From a virus (Duplodnaviria > Caudoviricetes), in IMG/VR virus record IMGVR_UViG_3300009370_001552, positions 1-64,000 of that record: a stretch of DNA of 64,000 nt. One strand, given 5' to 3'. Position numbers and translations under genes: made by a program. The notes below the pieces were generated by a model, which saw only the letters and a program-made list of their open reading frames with translations, had not been told where the DNA came from and ran no database searches. Below are positions 49,351 through 58,483 of the stretch, piece by piece (the stretch's first letter is position 1; each line of letters opens with the position of its first letter).

Positions 49351-49368
49351 GTATATACATATATATCA
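49351..49368 (-). promoter_or_regulatory. TGATATATATGTATATAC promoter-like motif, copy 2
   Basis: Near-identical to 19162..19181; upstream of the clamp SD (AGGAGA). Confidence 0.5.
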
Positions 49369-49384
49369 GTTTTATTATTCAAAA

Positions 49385-50301
49385 TTAAAAAAATCTTTCC
49401 AGACTTTGCTCTTCATCTACCGGTGATCCCCAGTCTAAACACTCATAAAATAAATTGAGTTTTTTAGTGAGTGCCCTATCATATATCTTGTCGTAATCCA
49501 TATTTTCCTTAATAAACTGCATAATTTCTGGTGGATCTTCATAACCTTTATATGCCACTACTGTTAATCCAAGTGGATTATTCTTTAGATACACCCATCG
49601 TATTTTATCTCCATTACTAATAAACCCATATTTTTTATCTCGTTTATAGTATCGTAGTAAATCATTATAACTTACTGATGCTCTTACATGAACTGGAATA
49701 CCTTTCTTTAATACTGTAAATACTGATGAGTTTTTATTGTCCTTTTTAATATATTTCCACATTCCCTTTACACCAGTTGGAGACGATATTTCATCCAAAT
49801 CTTTTAATCTCATATTTTTCTTAAATCTGGTTATTCTATGGTCTATTTTATCTCGTGGAACACTTGCCAAAATATCTTCCAATACATCACTTAATAACTG
49901 TCTAAATGCTGGTGCGAAATTACTACGCACCGTATCCAATCCCTTTACCATAGTCTTGTTTACCTGAACTCCATTATCACTAATGATTTTCATACCATAT
50001 CGTTTCTTGGTAATAAATAAACCGGACTTTGCTATAATTTCCTGTTTAATCTCAAATCTGTGTTTATCTAAATTACAAAACTTCTTTGCAAAATAATCAT
50101 ATGAATTATTTAAATATTCTTGAACTTCGGTTGCTATTTCATTTATTCGTTGTGCCATCATTACATCACTCATTTCCTTACCCTTAAATCTATGGTTAAT
50201 GAGTTTTAGTGCTGATACGAAAATGGAGTCAGTCAGGTGTCAATATAGATCACATGATCCATATTGACATTAGGCAGCCTCCTTATTTTTTTTATTTTCA
50301 T
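49385..50301 (-). CDS. polB: Family B DNA polymerase, C-terminal subunit (palm motif C + thumb), interrupted by a 5-nt frameshift in DTDS
   Basis: True start is ATG 50301: MKIKKIRRLPNVNMDHVIYIDT-stop. Resumes 5 nt later as DSIFVS...MSDVMM, then KKRYG, KGLDTVRS and YKGYED. Removing 5 nt gives 303 aa with YIDTDS. Confidence 0.85.
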
Positions 50302-50302
50302 T

Positions 50303-51136
50303 CTATTCCTTAATTTCTATAAATTTACAACCAAGATGGTCTATTATTTCTTGTTTTCTTCTTTCATCTCGTTCTACTTGTTTTTTATGGAATGGTTCAT
50401 AATACTCTATAACCACGTTTTTTTCTTTATCATAACCATCTACAAAATATCCCAATTCTTTAATGTGATATTCACCACCGTTTTCAGCGTGTTGGAAATT
50501 GTATCCGTTTTCTTTTCCGTATTGTTCTATTAGTTTACAGGCTTCTGGGTTATATCCAGGCATCATTTGTCCACCATTAAAAACATTTCTCTCAATTCTC
50601 TTAATTGCAGATTTTCTCATTCTCCGCAATTCCTCCGTTCTCTTCGGGCGTTTATAGTTTCCACTATCTTCACCAGTCCGGATTTTTAATTTACTTACCT
50701 CTTTATTCATTTCATCTGCAATTTCAACACCAAACTTATCTACCCATACCTGGTAATAACTGCTACCATAATTTCCATTCCGTTCTCCACTCGCACCACG
50801 AGATTTGTTAAACTCATCAAATTGTTCTTTAGTCCAACCATACTTCTTTTTCTTATATTCAAATGAGTTGGAATGTGCTTGTTTTTCTCTATATTCATCC
50901 CATTTGATTTTTCCATCTATTTCACCGTGTTTTTTAATCATATTCTCTAAAGTATTAACTCGTTTACTTTGATATTTAATTTTAGCAACTTTAGCTTCAT
51001 CTAAATCCATTCCCTTAAATATAGTAAAGTATTCTATTGTTCCAGGTACTCTACTCAATCTCATTTTTTCAGCTTCTTCTTTTTCATAACCTTTGCCTAA
51101 CCAATGTTGTAGTGTTCTAGCACTTCCTCTACTCAT
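50303..51136 (-). mobile_element. Free-standing putative homing endonuclease (helical W/Y-x3-G repeats + HAENGGE nuclease) splitting polB
   Basis: C-terminal YNPEAC..FQHAENGGEY..VDGYDKEKNVVIEYYE..H domain shared with 16079..16774; sits between the two polymerase halves. Confidence 0.8.
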
Positions 51137-51178
51137 AATTTTTCTCCGTTAAGTTTTATATAGACACATCTGTATCTA

Positions 51179-51190
51179 TATATAAATATC
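51179..51190 (-). promoter_or_regulatory. Recurrent TATTTAT promoter-like motif
   Basis: GATATTTATATA in the 57-nt gap before the polB-splitting endonuclease. Confidence 0.5.
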
Positions 51191-51192
51191 AC

Positions 51193-52950
51193 TTAACCCA
51201 AAAAATCATCTGTTTCCAGTAAATCTTTTACTTTTATTTCCATTTTTCTACCGTTTCGTATTACATCAATTCTATTATTTTCGTGTAATTTTCTAACTTC
51301 ACCATTTTCCAATTCAACTTCAACGGGAGGTCCCAATTCACTATTATACTTATGATTTGCTATTTTTGCAGTGAACTTAATTAAATCCTGTCCTACTGTC
51401 GTCACAGAAGCCGCATTATCCAAATCATAAAATCTCCATCCCTGAAGTCCAAGTACGCCGTAAAGTGAATTAAGTAAAACCTTCTGGATATATTGCCGTC
51501 TATTAAAATACTCGTATCGTTCATCATTTCCTTCATCTGCAAATTTCCTTGCTAATTTTCTAAATTCCTTTCGTGTATCAAACCACTTGGATAGAATAGT
51601 TGAAATTAAACCTGCCTTATCCGTTTTATATAATATACCTTCACTTGAAATTGATACTTCATTATCATTAAAAAATGTCTCTAATTCTGTATTAGTTAAT
51701 TGTCCTTTCCTTTTCCCATTTAATATAATAGAATGTGTCTTTTTCTTCTTTCCTATAAAATCTTGAGCGTTCCACCCAACTACTTTTCCAAATTTTGTTT
51801 CTGGACTTATATTTAAGCTCATAATTATAGAAGGATACATACTTGTAATATCCAAATCATATACCCAGTCATGTTTACCCCGTTGTGGGCGTTTTACATA
51901 TGCACCTACAAACTTGTTATCTGTAAACTCACCCTTTTCTGGTTTATTAGGGGCAACGATATTCAATTTCTTCAAGTGAGTTAAAATTGCTCCTTCTAAA
52001 TATCTACTACTGAAATATATATCTTCATATGGAACATGACCAATATGACAAATACCTCGTGCAATGTCAATAAAATCTAATTTATCATCCAATTGTTTTA
52101 CTATTCTAACATCATGAATATTATATTCCACAAACTTTCTCAAATCATTTTCATATAAATCATTCAATGTTCCATCATAACTTATTTTAGTTGAACCAAC
52201 CTCTGTTTGACCTATATCATCCAATCTATATGATGGTCTTGATCCAAATGTAAAATCTTTATAGAGTAATAGATAATCTAATACACTTACCCCTGCTATT
52301 TTATATCGTTTAGTGTATTTACTATACATCACTTTTGATATCGGTGATAAATTGTCTGCAACACTTTGACCGAGAACTCTAATTGTTCTATTATATAAAT
52401 ATGGAATATCGAAACCATCTACATTCCAACCAGTAATTATAGTAGGTCGTAATTCTAAATATTTTTGGTAAAACCTCTGTAACAATTCATATTCCGTCTG
52501 ACAACTTTCTACTACACTCTTGCCAAATCCTGTTGTATCTAATGTCTTACGTTCATCTAATACTAAACAAGTGTAAACATTTCTGATATTATCCCACATA
52601 GCAATTGAAGTTATTTTATTCGGTGCCTTCATTGGGTCTGGAAATCCCTCTGTAACTTCACACTCAATATCAAATATGAATATCTTATGTCCAGTGGACG
52701 GTTCTTCACTTTTCCCATACATATCAATCAAAGTTCTCATTTCAGGATTTACATCACTTTCCCACAATCCCTGTGCAGTCTTATCCCATCTATATACTTT
52801 CTTTAATTTATCACCATATAAAGATGCAAACGTTCCATAATTATCTTTAATATAAGCATACTTTTTATATTGCGTTGTTATATGTCCGTTACGATCATCC
52901 CAAATGTGGACAACCCCCTTGAATGGTTCTACATAGATATTTTGATAAAT
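51193..52950 (-). CDS. polB: Family B DNA polymerase, N-terminal subunit (exonuclease, motifs A and B) with a Hint-like C-terminal tail; probable AUU start
   Basis: Exo motifs FDIEC, GWNVDGFD and YNIHD; DLDITSMYPS; QKVLLNSLYG. The frame extends 61 codons upstream of the annotated TTG start to (I)YQNIYVE, with no ATG/GTG after the stop at 52972..52974. Confidence 0.9.
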   Translation of the reverse strand: MYQNIYVEPFKGVVHIWDDRNGHITTQYKKYAYIKDNYGTFASLYGDKLKKVYRWDKTAQGLWESDVNPEMRTLIDMYGKSEEPSTGHKIFIFDIECEVTEGFPDPMKAPNKITSIAMWDNIRNVYTCLVLDERKTLDTTGFGKSVVESCQTEYELLQRFYQKYLELRPTIITGWNVDGFDIPYLYNRTIRVLGQSVADNLSPISKVMYSKYTKRYKIAGVSVLDYLLLYKDFTFGSRPSYRLDDIGQTEVGSTKISYDGTLNDLYENDLRKFVEYNIHDVRIVKQLDDKLDFIDIARGICHIGHVPYEDIYFSSRYLEGAILTHLKKLNIVAPNKPEKGEFTDNKFVGAYVKRPQRGKHDWVYDLDITSMYPSIIMSLNISPETKFGKVVGWNAQDFIGKKKKTHSIILNGKRKGQLTNTELETFFNDNEVSISSEGILYKTDKAGLISTILSKWFDTRKEFRKLARKFADEGNDERYEYFNRRQYIQKVLLNSLYGVLGLQGWRFYDLDNAASVTTVGQDLIKFTAKIANHKYNSELGPPVEVELENGEVRKLHENNRIDVIRNGRKMEIKVKDLLETDDFLG

Positions 52951-53014
52951 AATATAACCTCTTTTGTTTATTTATGAGTATTCTTAGTCGTCATTATCAT
53001 CAATTGTGTATTAT

Positions 53015-54649
53015 TTATGTGACGCATGTATCAGAATTACAGAATTTTTCTACAATCGCTTCATTGCCTTTGACTTGTCTAAATGATAAATGTTTTAATT
53101 TCTTCAATAATTTATTATATGTCTTTTCATCAATTTCTTCATATGGCATTTGTTTGTATGCTCCGAGTTCGTGTCGTGGTAAGAAAGAAACTGACTTTAA
53201 TTTATATTGGTAAAAATCTAATGCTGACTTAATTTGATCACCTTCTGTTTCTGGGTCAAATGTAATGGTAACTGAAACAGCATTGTCTGCCCAATGTTCG
53301 GCCATAAATGCTGCCAACTCTAATTGTTCCCATATTGAAACTGACTTTAATGTTTTTATTCCGTCACCCACATCAACTGGAACTTCAACTACTACCGTTG
53401 AATCTTCTTGACCTACTGCTGGTTCTATATGATACCCAGCACTCTTTAACGCTTTTATCAATGGACTATCGTTACCTAATCTAATTCGTCGTATGTAAAA
53501 ACGAGATTCTGGATAATGTATTCCAGGAGTTGCTCCAGCTAAAAGGCTGATTGAACCTGATGGTTTATTTGTAGAAAGTCTAATACTCCTTGGGATAGCA
53601 AACCAATCCGAATATATTTTATCATATTCTTTTAATGAATTGTATCCAGACCTTAACCAATCTTTCAATATAGATAATGAATTATTAGTTAAAAACTGTG
53701 TAACTCCACTTACAGAAGTTCCCACTCGTCTGTTTCGTAACATTACTCTGTTAGTTTCTGGCCAATGGGTGTCTAATAAAGTTACTGTCTTTGAATAAAG
53801 GTATGCATATTTTAATGACTTAATGAAATCTTCTTTACTTTCGTGTCTATCTGGAAATACTTCTACAAGATTGCATTTCTCGCCAGATTCTAACACGATT
53901 TCGCCACAGGGATTGGTCCCCATCGTTCTATTATCACTTACACCATTAGTCCCATCTCCCATTCTTTTATTATTATGAGCATTTTCTAACCAAATTAGTC
54001 CAGGTTCACCATTATTTTTAATTCGTTCTGCTATATCAGTATAATCCATACCAAGTTCTGCTAATACTGAATTGTTTGAAGCCCAACCGAAGTCAGCTCT
54101 TTCTGGATTCTTTTTATAATCTTTTAAGTCCAAAAATTGTTCAGTATTGTCTCCTGCTGCTAGCAATGCGCTGCGTCGCACATTTCCAGCCACGACAGCC
54201 TTTCCAATTAAATTAAATATATCAACTATATTTCGTTCACTAATTGGACTACCAATACTTTCTGTTAAAATCTCTGTTACTTTATCGTGTAATGCCTTTA
54301 ACGGCTTATACCCAGATGAAGTTCCACCAAATGTTTTTATAATGGCACCTTCCGGTCTGATTTTAGAATAATCAAATACTGGTCGTTGAGAGTTACCAAA
54401 GAAAGAATCTATAACATATCCTAAACTTTCTACCCATCCCTCTCTACTGTCTGGAACAGTAAAATTAAATTCGTTATGAGATGGTGATTTAATTGTTATT
54501 TGGTCTGCACCTTTTGTATCAAATCCCACACCAACTCCACAATTATGAACAACATTACCATTTCCCAAAACATATGTGTTATTTCCTGGTATGGTTAAAT
54601 CATAAAATAGTTCATCGTTTGGTATATAGTTTTTATTAATAATTTTCAC
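53015..54649 (-). CDS. nrdJ: Class II (adenosylcobalamin) monomeric ribonucleotide reductase, C-terminal precursor with IntC
   Basis: IntC then CGVGVGFD, GNVRRSA, GTNPCGEI (N-C-E), CNLVE, KPSGSIS and terminal FCNSDTC; GTG start overlapping the endonuclease TGA. Confidence 0.93.
   Translation of the reverse strand: MKIINKNYIPNDELFYDLTIPGNNTYVLGNGNVVHNCGVGVGFDTKGADQITIKSPSHNEFNFTVPDSREGWVESLGYVIDSFFGNSQRPVFDYSKIRPEGAIIKTFGGTSSGYKPLKALHDKVTEILTESIGSPISERNIVDIFNLIGKAVVAGNVRRSALLAAGDNTEQFLDLKDYKKNPERADFGWASNNSVLAELGMDYTDIAERIKNNGEPGLIWLENAHNNKRMGDGTNGVSDNRTMGTNPCGEIVLESGEKCNLVEVFPDRHESKEDFIKSLKYAYLYSKTVTLLDTHWPETNRVMLRNRRVGTSVSGVTQFLTNNSLSILKDWLRSGYNSLKEYDKIYSDWFAIPRSIRLSTNKPSGSISLLAGATPGIHYPESRFYIRRIRLGNDSPLIKALKSAGYHIEPAVGQEDSTVVVEVPVDVGDGIKTLKSVSIWEQLELAAFMAEHWADNAVSVTITFDPETEGDQIKSALDFYQYKLKSVSFLPRHELGAYKQMPYEEIDEKTYNKLLKKLKHLSFRQVKGNEAIVEKFCNSDTCVT
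54542..54649 (-). other. Split intein C-fragment (36 aa)
   Basis: MKIINK...FYDLTIPGNNTYVLGNGNVVHN followed by +1 Cys. Confidence 0.93.
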
Positions 54650-56115
54650 AATATTTTCCTCTCGTCTATCAATTTCAAAACTTTATTAAAATCTTGTTTT
54701 ACATCATTTTCCCAAATAACTAAAACATTATATCCCATATTTTCTAATTCATTTATTCTATTTCTATCAGTTAAATGAACAGATGAAAATGAAATATTAT
54801 CAGCAATGCTATCTGATTCGGTATATATTTCTGGATTCATATGCCAATAATCACCGAAAAACTCAACAATTAAATTTAACTCTGGTATATAAAAATCACA
54901 ACAATATGTACAATCTTTACCATGTACAAAATATTGATGAATTGTTTTTAGATATTCATTTGATATTACAGAATACACCTTATATTCCATTTTTGAAACT
55001 TTATTCATATTTTTCAAATTAATAAGTGATGCTCGTCTGCTATTATCACTTATTATTTTTTTAGCATCATTTATATTATATCCACGGTTTATCCAAAATT
55101 CCTTACTAAATGAACTTGTTTTAATCGCAAATTCATATGCTAACTTTTTAGATTCACTCATCGAATATCCAATATTTAGCCAATAATATATGCATTTACG
55201 TTGTTTACGTGCTCGTTTAGATTGGTTTTTATGAATTATATAAATACTTTCTTCGTCAGAAAATCCTAATCTGTTCCAATATTTTATATTGTTATAACTA
55301 CTATCAGATAATTTTTTTGACTTTTCTTCATATAATTCACTCCCACGTTTATTACCATATTTATTTACATAGTATTTTTTAGATGAAAAATCTTGATTTC
55401 CACTTATTATTTTTTTAGCCACACTTTCATCATATCCAAGTTTTATCCAATATTCTACACATCGAACATTATTACTTCGTTTAATATAATCGGCTTCATT
55501 ATTAGTGATGCCCCTTGCTTTAAAATACTGTGTAGTTGGATATCTATTAGCTTTAGATACCCTATCTACTGATTTATATTTTTTATATTCTTCAACGGAC
55601 CCCAACCTGGTAATTAAATTTTCTCGTGTTAATGAACACCTCGATTTTGCTTTAGTTGCCAATTTCTTCGCACTCAATATTGATTCACCGCGAATCTCCC
55701 AATATTCAGGATATTTATTACTGGTTGTGCGTTTTATATAACTAGAATACGTTATAGCGTCATCGTTTGAAAATCCATTTTCTATCCAAAATTTTGTAGT
55801 TTTAACAAGCGTATTAGTAATAGCTTTATGTTTAATTTTATTAAAAACATCACTTAAATTTCTAATTTTCCAAAATATAGGATTTTTACTATCAGATAGA
55901 ATCCTATCCTTTCGTAATCGAAGTTTATTGTTAATTTCATCTTCCGAATGTCCTTTTATTTTCCACTGGTTTATCCAATACCCCTCACTACCTCTACTAT
56001 CTGATGTAGCACATTTTTTACATACCGTCTCGTTAAAAATTGAATTCTCCAACTGATATTTAGTAGAATATATTTGAGTTGCCCCACAATTATTACAGTT
56101 TTTTTTATGTTTCAT
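54646..56115 (-). mobile_element. Free-standing Vsr/DUF559-like homing endonuclease with tandem W-x3-G helical repeats, splitting nrdJ
   Basis: SKME...CDFYIPELNLIVEFFGDYWH...D..R...GYNVLVIWE; about 9 repeats; N-terminal CNNC/CKKC. Confidence 0.85.
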
Positions 56116-56148
56116 TTTATTTTCCTAATTTATATACTTATGTCGTTA

Positions 56149-56160
56149 TTAATAAATATA
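56149..56160 (-). promoter_or_regulatory. Recurrent TATTTAT promoter-like motif
   Basis: TATATTTATTAA upstream of the nrdJ-splitting endonuclease. Confidence 0.5.
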
Positions 56161-56167
56161 CGAAATT

Positions 56168-56908
56168 TTAATTTTCATTAGAAATATAAAAATTCTCTAT
56201 GTTATCATTACCATTAATATCTTTAGCTTCTACCCACCCCCTGTTTATAGTTAAAAATAAATGGTCTTCTGTACATCTAACAGTACTACCATCTTCAAAT
56301 TCCAACTCAATTATTTTCTTATCCGACACCTCATTTTTTAATACTTTGTCTGGATATATAAAAGAATATCTTTTAGTTTCTTCATTAAACGATAGTACTT
56401 TGTCATCAACTGTTATATCTTTAATTTTTTTATTTCCACCATCAGTTAAAATTAAAGTGTCTGGATGAAAACACATCAACATATCCATAGCAAATACAAA
56501 TGGAAATGATAGACTATCTTTTATATTTTCTGTACTAATAAAATTACAATTGAATAGTGCGGGAGTGAGTTTCTTCTTTGTAATAATATCTGTACCCATT
56601 GCCCACAAACCACGTCCGGGAGGAAGTAATTTCATATTAAACATTCTATCATACATTTCTTGTGCACTTCGTTGAGCTTGCCATGGATTCCAACCCAATC
56701 TATGTTTTTCAATCCACTCTTTCTGAATTGTATATGTGCCCTCTACAACTCTACGAACTGTTTCCCACCATTGTTCATTTTTTCCATCTTCCTTTATACG
56801 AGAATAGGTTCTCATATATACTAAATGTCCCAAACCATTAAATCCAAATGGTTCTTTTTTTCTTTTATAATTTTCTATAAAATTTTTACTTAAAACGAAT
56901 TTTTCCAT
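56168..56908 (-). CDS. nrdJ: Class II ribonucleotide reductase, N-terminal precursor with IntN
   Basis: YMRTYSR, E.W.ET.RRV, LPPGRGLWAMG and ALFNC, then the intein from Cys146. Confidence 0.93.
   Translation of the reverse strand: MEKFVLSKNFIENYKRKKEPFGFNGLGHLVYMRTYSRIKEDGKNEQWWETVRRVVEGTYTIQKEWIEKHRLGWNPWQAQRSAQEMYDRMFNMKLLPPGRGLWAMGTDIITKKKLTPALFNCNFISTENIKDSLSFPFVFAMDMLMCFHPDTLILTDGGNKKIKDITVDDKVLSFNEETKRYSFIYPDKVLKNEVSDKKIIELEFEDGSTVRCTEDHLFLTINRGWVEAKDINGNDNIENFYISNEN
56171..56473 (-). other. Split intein N-fragment (101 aa)
   Basis: CFHPDT block A, CTEDHLFLT block B (TxxH), RGWVEAKDI, then stop. Confidence 0.93.
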
Positions 56909-56955
56909 ATAAACTTTTACTCCTTATATCCATTTTCTATAACTTCCGCATCTCA

Positions 56956-56970
56956 CTAATATAAATATAA
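56956..56970 (-). promoter_or_regulatory. Recurrent TATTTAT promoter-like motif
   Basis: TTATATTTATATTAG upstream of nrdJ. Confidence 0.5.
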
Positions 56971-56973
56971 CAC

Positions 56974-58338
56974 TTATTCAAATCCACCCATATCTTTATC
57001 ATTATTATACTTATTTGATAACTGTTTTCTTAAATATTCTTCACTATTATCCATTTTCTTTTGAGTAACCTGACCGTCTTGTGTATTTGCTTCGTAAATC
57101 TGAATACTACCGTTGTTTGTGTTTATACTCGCTGGAAATGTAATACCATCAACTCCAAATCTATTTTTAATCACATGGAAACGACCAGTATTTGCTATTT
57201 TATCTTCTACTTTTCTACTCATAGATACAACAAAATCTGCAATCATTACCTTTGCATATGATTCTGCTACTTTACTGGCATCAATTACATCTTCCTCTAA
57301 TGATGACCGGTTGGCCTGACTGGCAGTCCATATTGGCATTTCATATTCACCTGCAAGTCCTCTTAAATCTTCATAAATACTTTCTAATACGTGTCGTTTT
57401 TCACTACCAACTCCACGGAGAATATCTGCATAATCTACCAAAATTAAATCTATATTTGTTCCCTGTAATTCTATCTGTTTTAGATGTGATGATAGAGTTT
57501 GAACTGTTGCACCTTTAGTTGGAAAATATTTGATCAACAGAGTCCCCTTTAATTCTGCAATTTTCTTCTTTACATCATCTTTATAGTATTTTATATTTGC
57601 TGTAGTCACTCCACTAAATACAGTATCAAATCGTAATCCTACATAATTTTGGTTTAACTCTAATGTATAATACACTACATTTAATCCATTTTTTACTGCA
57701 TTTGCACCCAGTATTTGCAAAAACCATGATTTTCCAATTCCAGCTGGGGCGACTACCACTCCCAATTCACCTGCTCCTAACCCACCATCCATTATTTCAT
57801 CTATTGGATCCCAACCAGTTTTTACGGTGTCTCTGGCCGAGTTTGCAAGTCGTTCTTCTATTCCACTAATATACTCATGTCCTAATTCTCTATCACCACC
57901 AGCTTTCATTGCTTCGTCTATTAGATTTTTAATCTCATCATATTTACCAATTTCTAATAAATCAACACTATCCATGATTGCAGCTTTAATGACTTGATTT
58001 TTACAGAACTCTAATATCTGTTCTTGTATAAATGGTAAATCAGTAGACTCTATGTATCTCCAACTTTCTTTTAGATTTTCTACTACTGCCATCTTTAGAA
58101 TATCATTATCTAAATCATCTATTTTTACTTTTAATACTTCTAATGTCGGGGCTGTTTTATACTCAAAGAAATAATCTCGTATGGTTCTGGATAGAAATCG
58201 GTTTGCGTCACTCTCAAAATATGATGGTTCTAATATATCACTTATAGTTTGTAGGAACTTTTTATCACCGAGTAATGATGATATAATTTTACATTGGAAT
58301 GTTTTTCCAAAAATTTGTAAAGTAGATTTATCATTCAT
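56974..58338 (-). CDS. Replicative helicase (DnaB / T4 gp41-like)
   Basis: GELGVVVAPAGIGKS Walker A, YYTLEL, ILVDYAD, WTASQANR and VIKNRFG. Confidence 0.92.
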   Translation of the reverse strand: MNDKSTLQIFGKTFQCKIISSLLGDKKFLQTISDILEPSYFESDANRFLSRTIRDYFFEYKTAPTLEVLKVKIDDLDNDILKMAVVENLKESWRYIESTDLPFIQEQILEFCKNQVIKAAIMDSVDLLEIGKYDEIKNLIDEAMKAGGDRELGHEYISGIEERLANSARDTVKTGWDPIDEIMDGGLGAGELGVVVAPAGIGKSWFLQILGANAVKNGLNVVYYTLELNQNYVGLRFDTVFSGVTTANIKYYKDDVKKKIAELKGTLLIKYFPTKGATVQTLSSHLKQIELQGTNIDLILVDYADILRGVGSEKRHVLESIYEDLRGLAGEYEMPIWTASQANRSSLEEDVIDASKVAESYAKVMIADFVVSMSRKVEDKIANTGRFHVIKNRFGVDGITFPASINTNNGSIQIYEANTQDGQVTQKKMDNSEEYLRKQLSNKYNNDKDMGGFE

Positions 58339-58436
58339 TTATTTTTTTCTCTATAATTGCTATGGTGCAATGTTGTGCTCCTCCGTGACTGGAATGTATA
58401 TCTCCTTAAATTAGTGGAAATGTAAGTTTGTTTCAT
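58335..58436 (-). CDS. Unannotated 33-aa leader-like micro-ORF coupled to the helicase
   Basis: MKQTYISTNLRRYTFQSRRSTTLHHSNYREKNK; GAAAGG SD, ATGA overlap with the helicase start, TATTTAT motif at 58447..58456. Confidence 0.45.
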   Translation of the reverse strand: MKQTYISTNLRRYTFQSRRSTTLHHSNYREKNK

Positions 58437-58483
58437 AACAACCTTTCTATAAATAGTAATCACAATTCCTAAAACCAATTATT

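Noticed and set aside
50250-50285. AAGGAGG-led start for the polymerase C-subunit at 50270
   Set aside because: That ATG opens only a 6-codon ORF (MSIWIM) in a third frame. The ATG at 50301 is in frame with DHVIYIDT and abuts the endonuclease stop.
50231-51330. Group I intron in the polymerase gene
   Set aside because: Only 57 nt of non-coding sequence precedes the endonuclease and 1 nt follows it. No P7-like core was seen, and splicing to the G before ACT GAC would discard the only YID codons.
53015-56908. Contiguous intein with internal endonuclease broken by sequencing errors
   Set aside because: IntN ends in a stop followed by a promoter-like gap, the endonuclease has its own start, and IntC has its own coupled GTG start. 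The nuclease is Vsr-like and free-standing, not LAGLIDADG.
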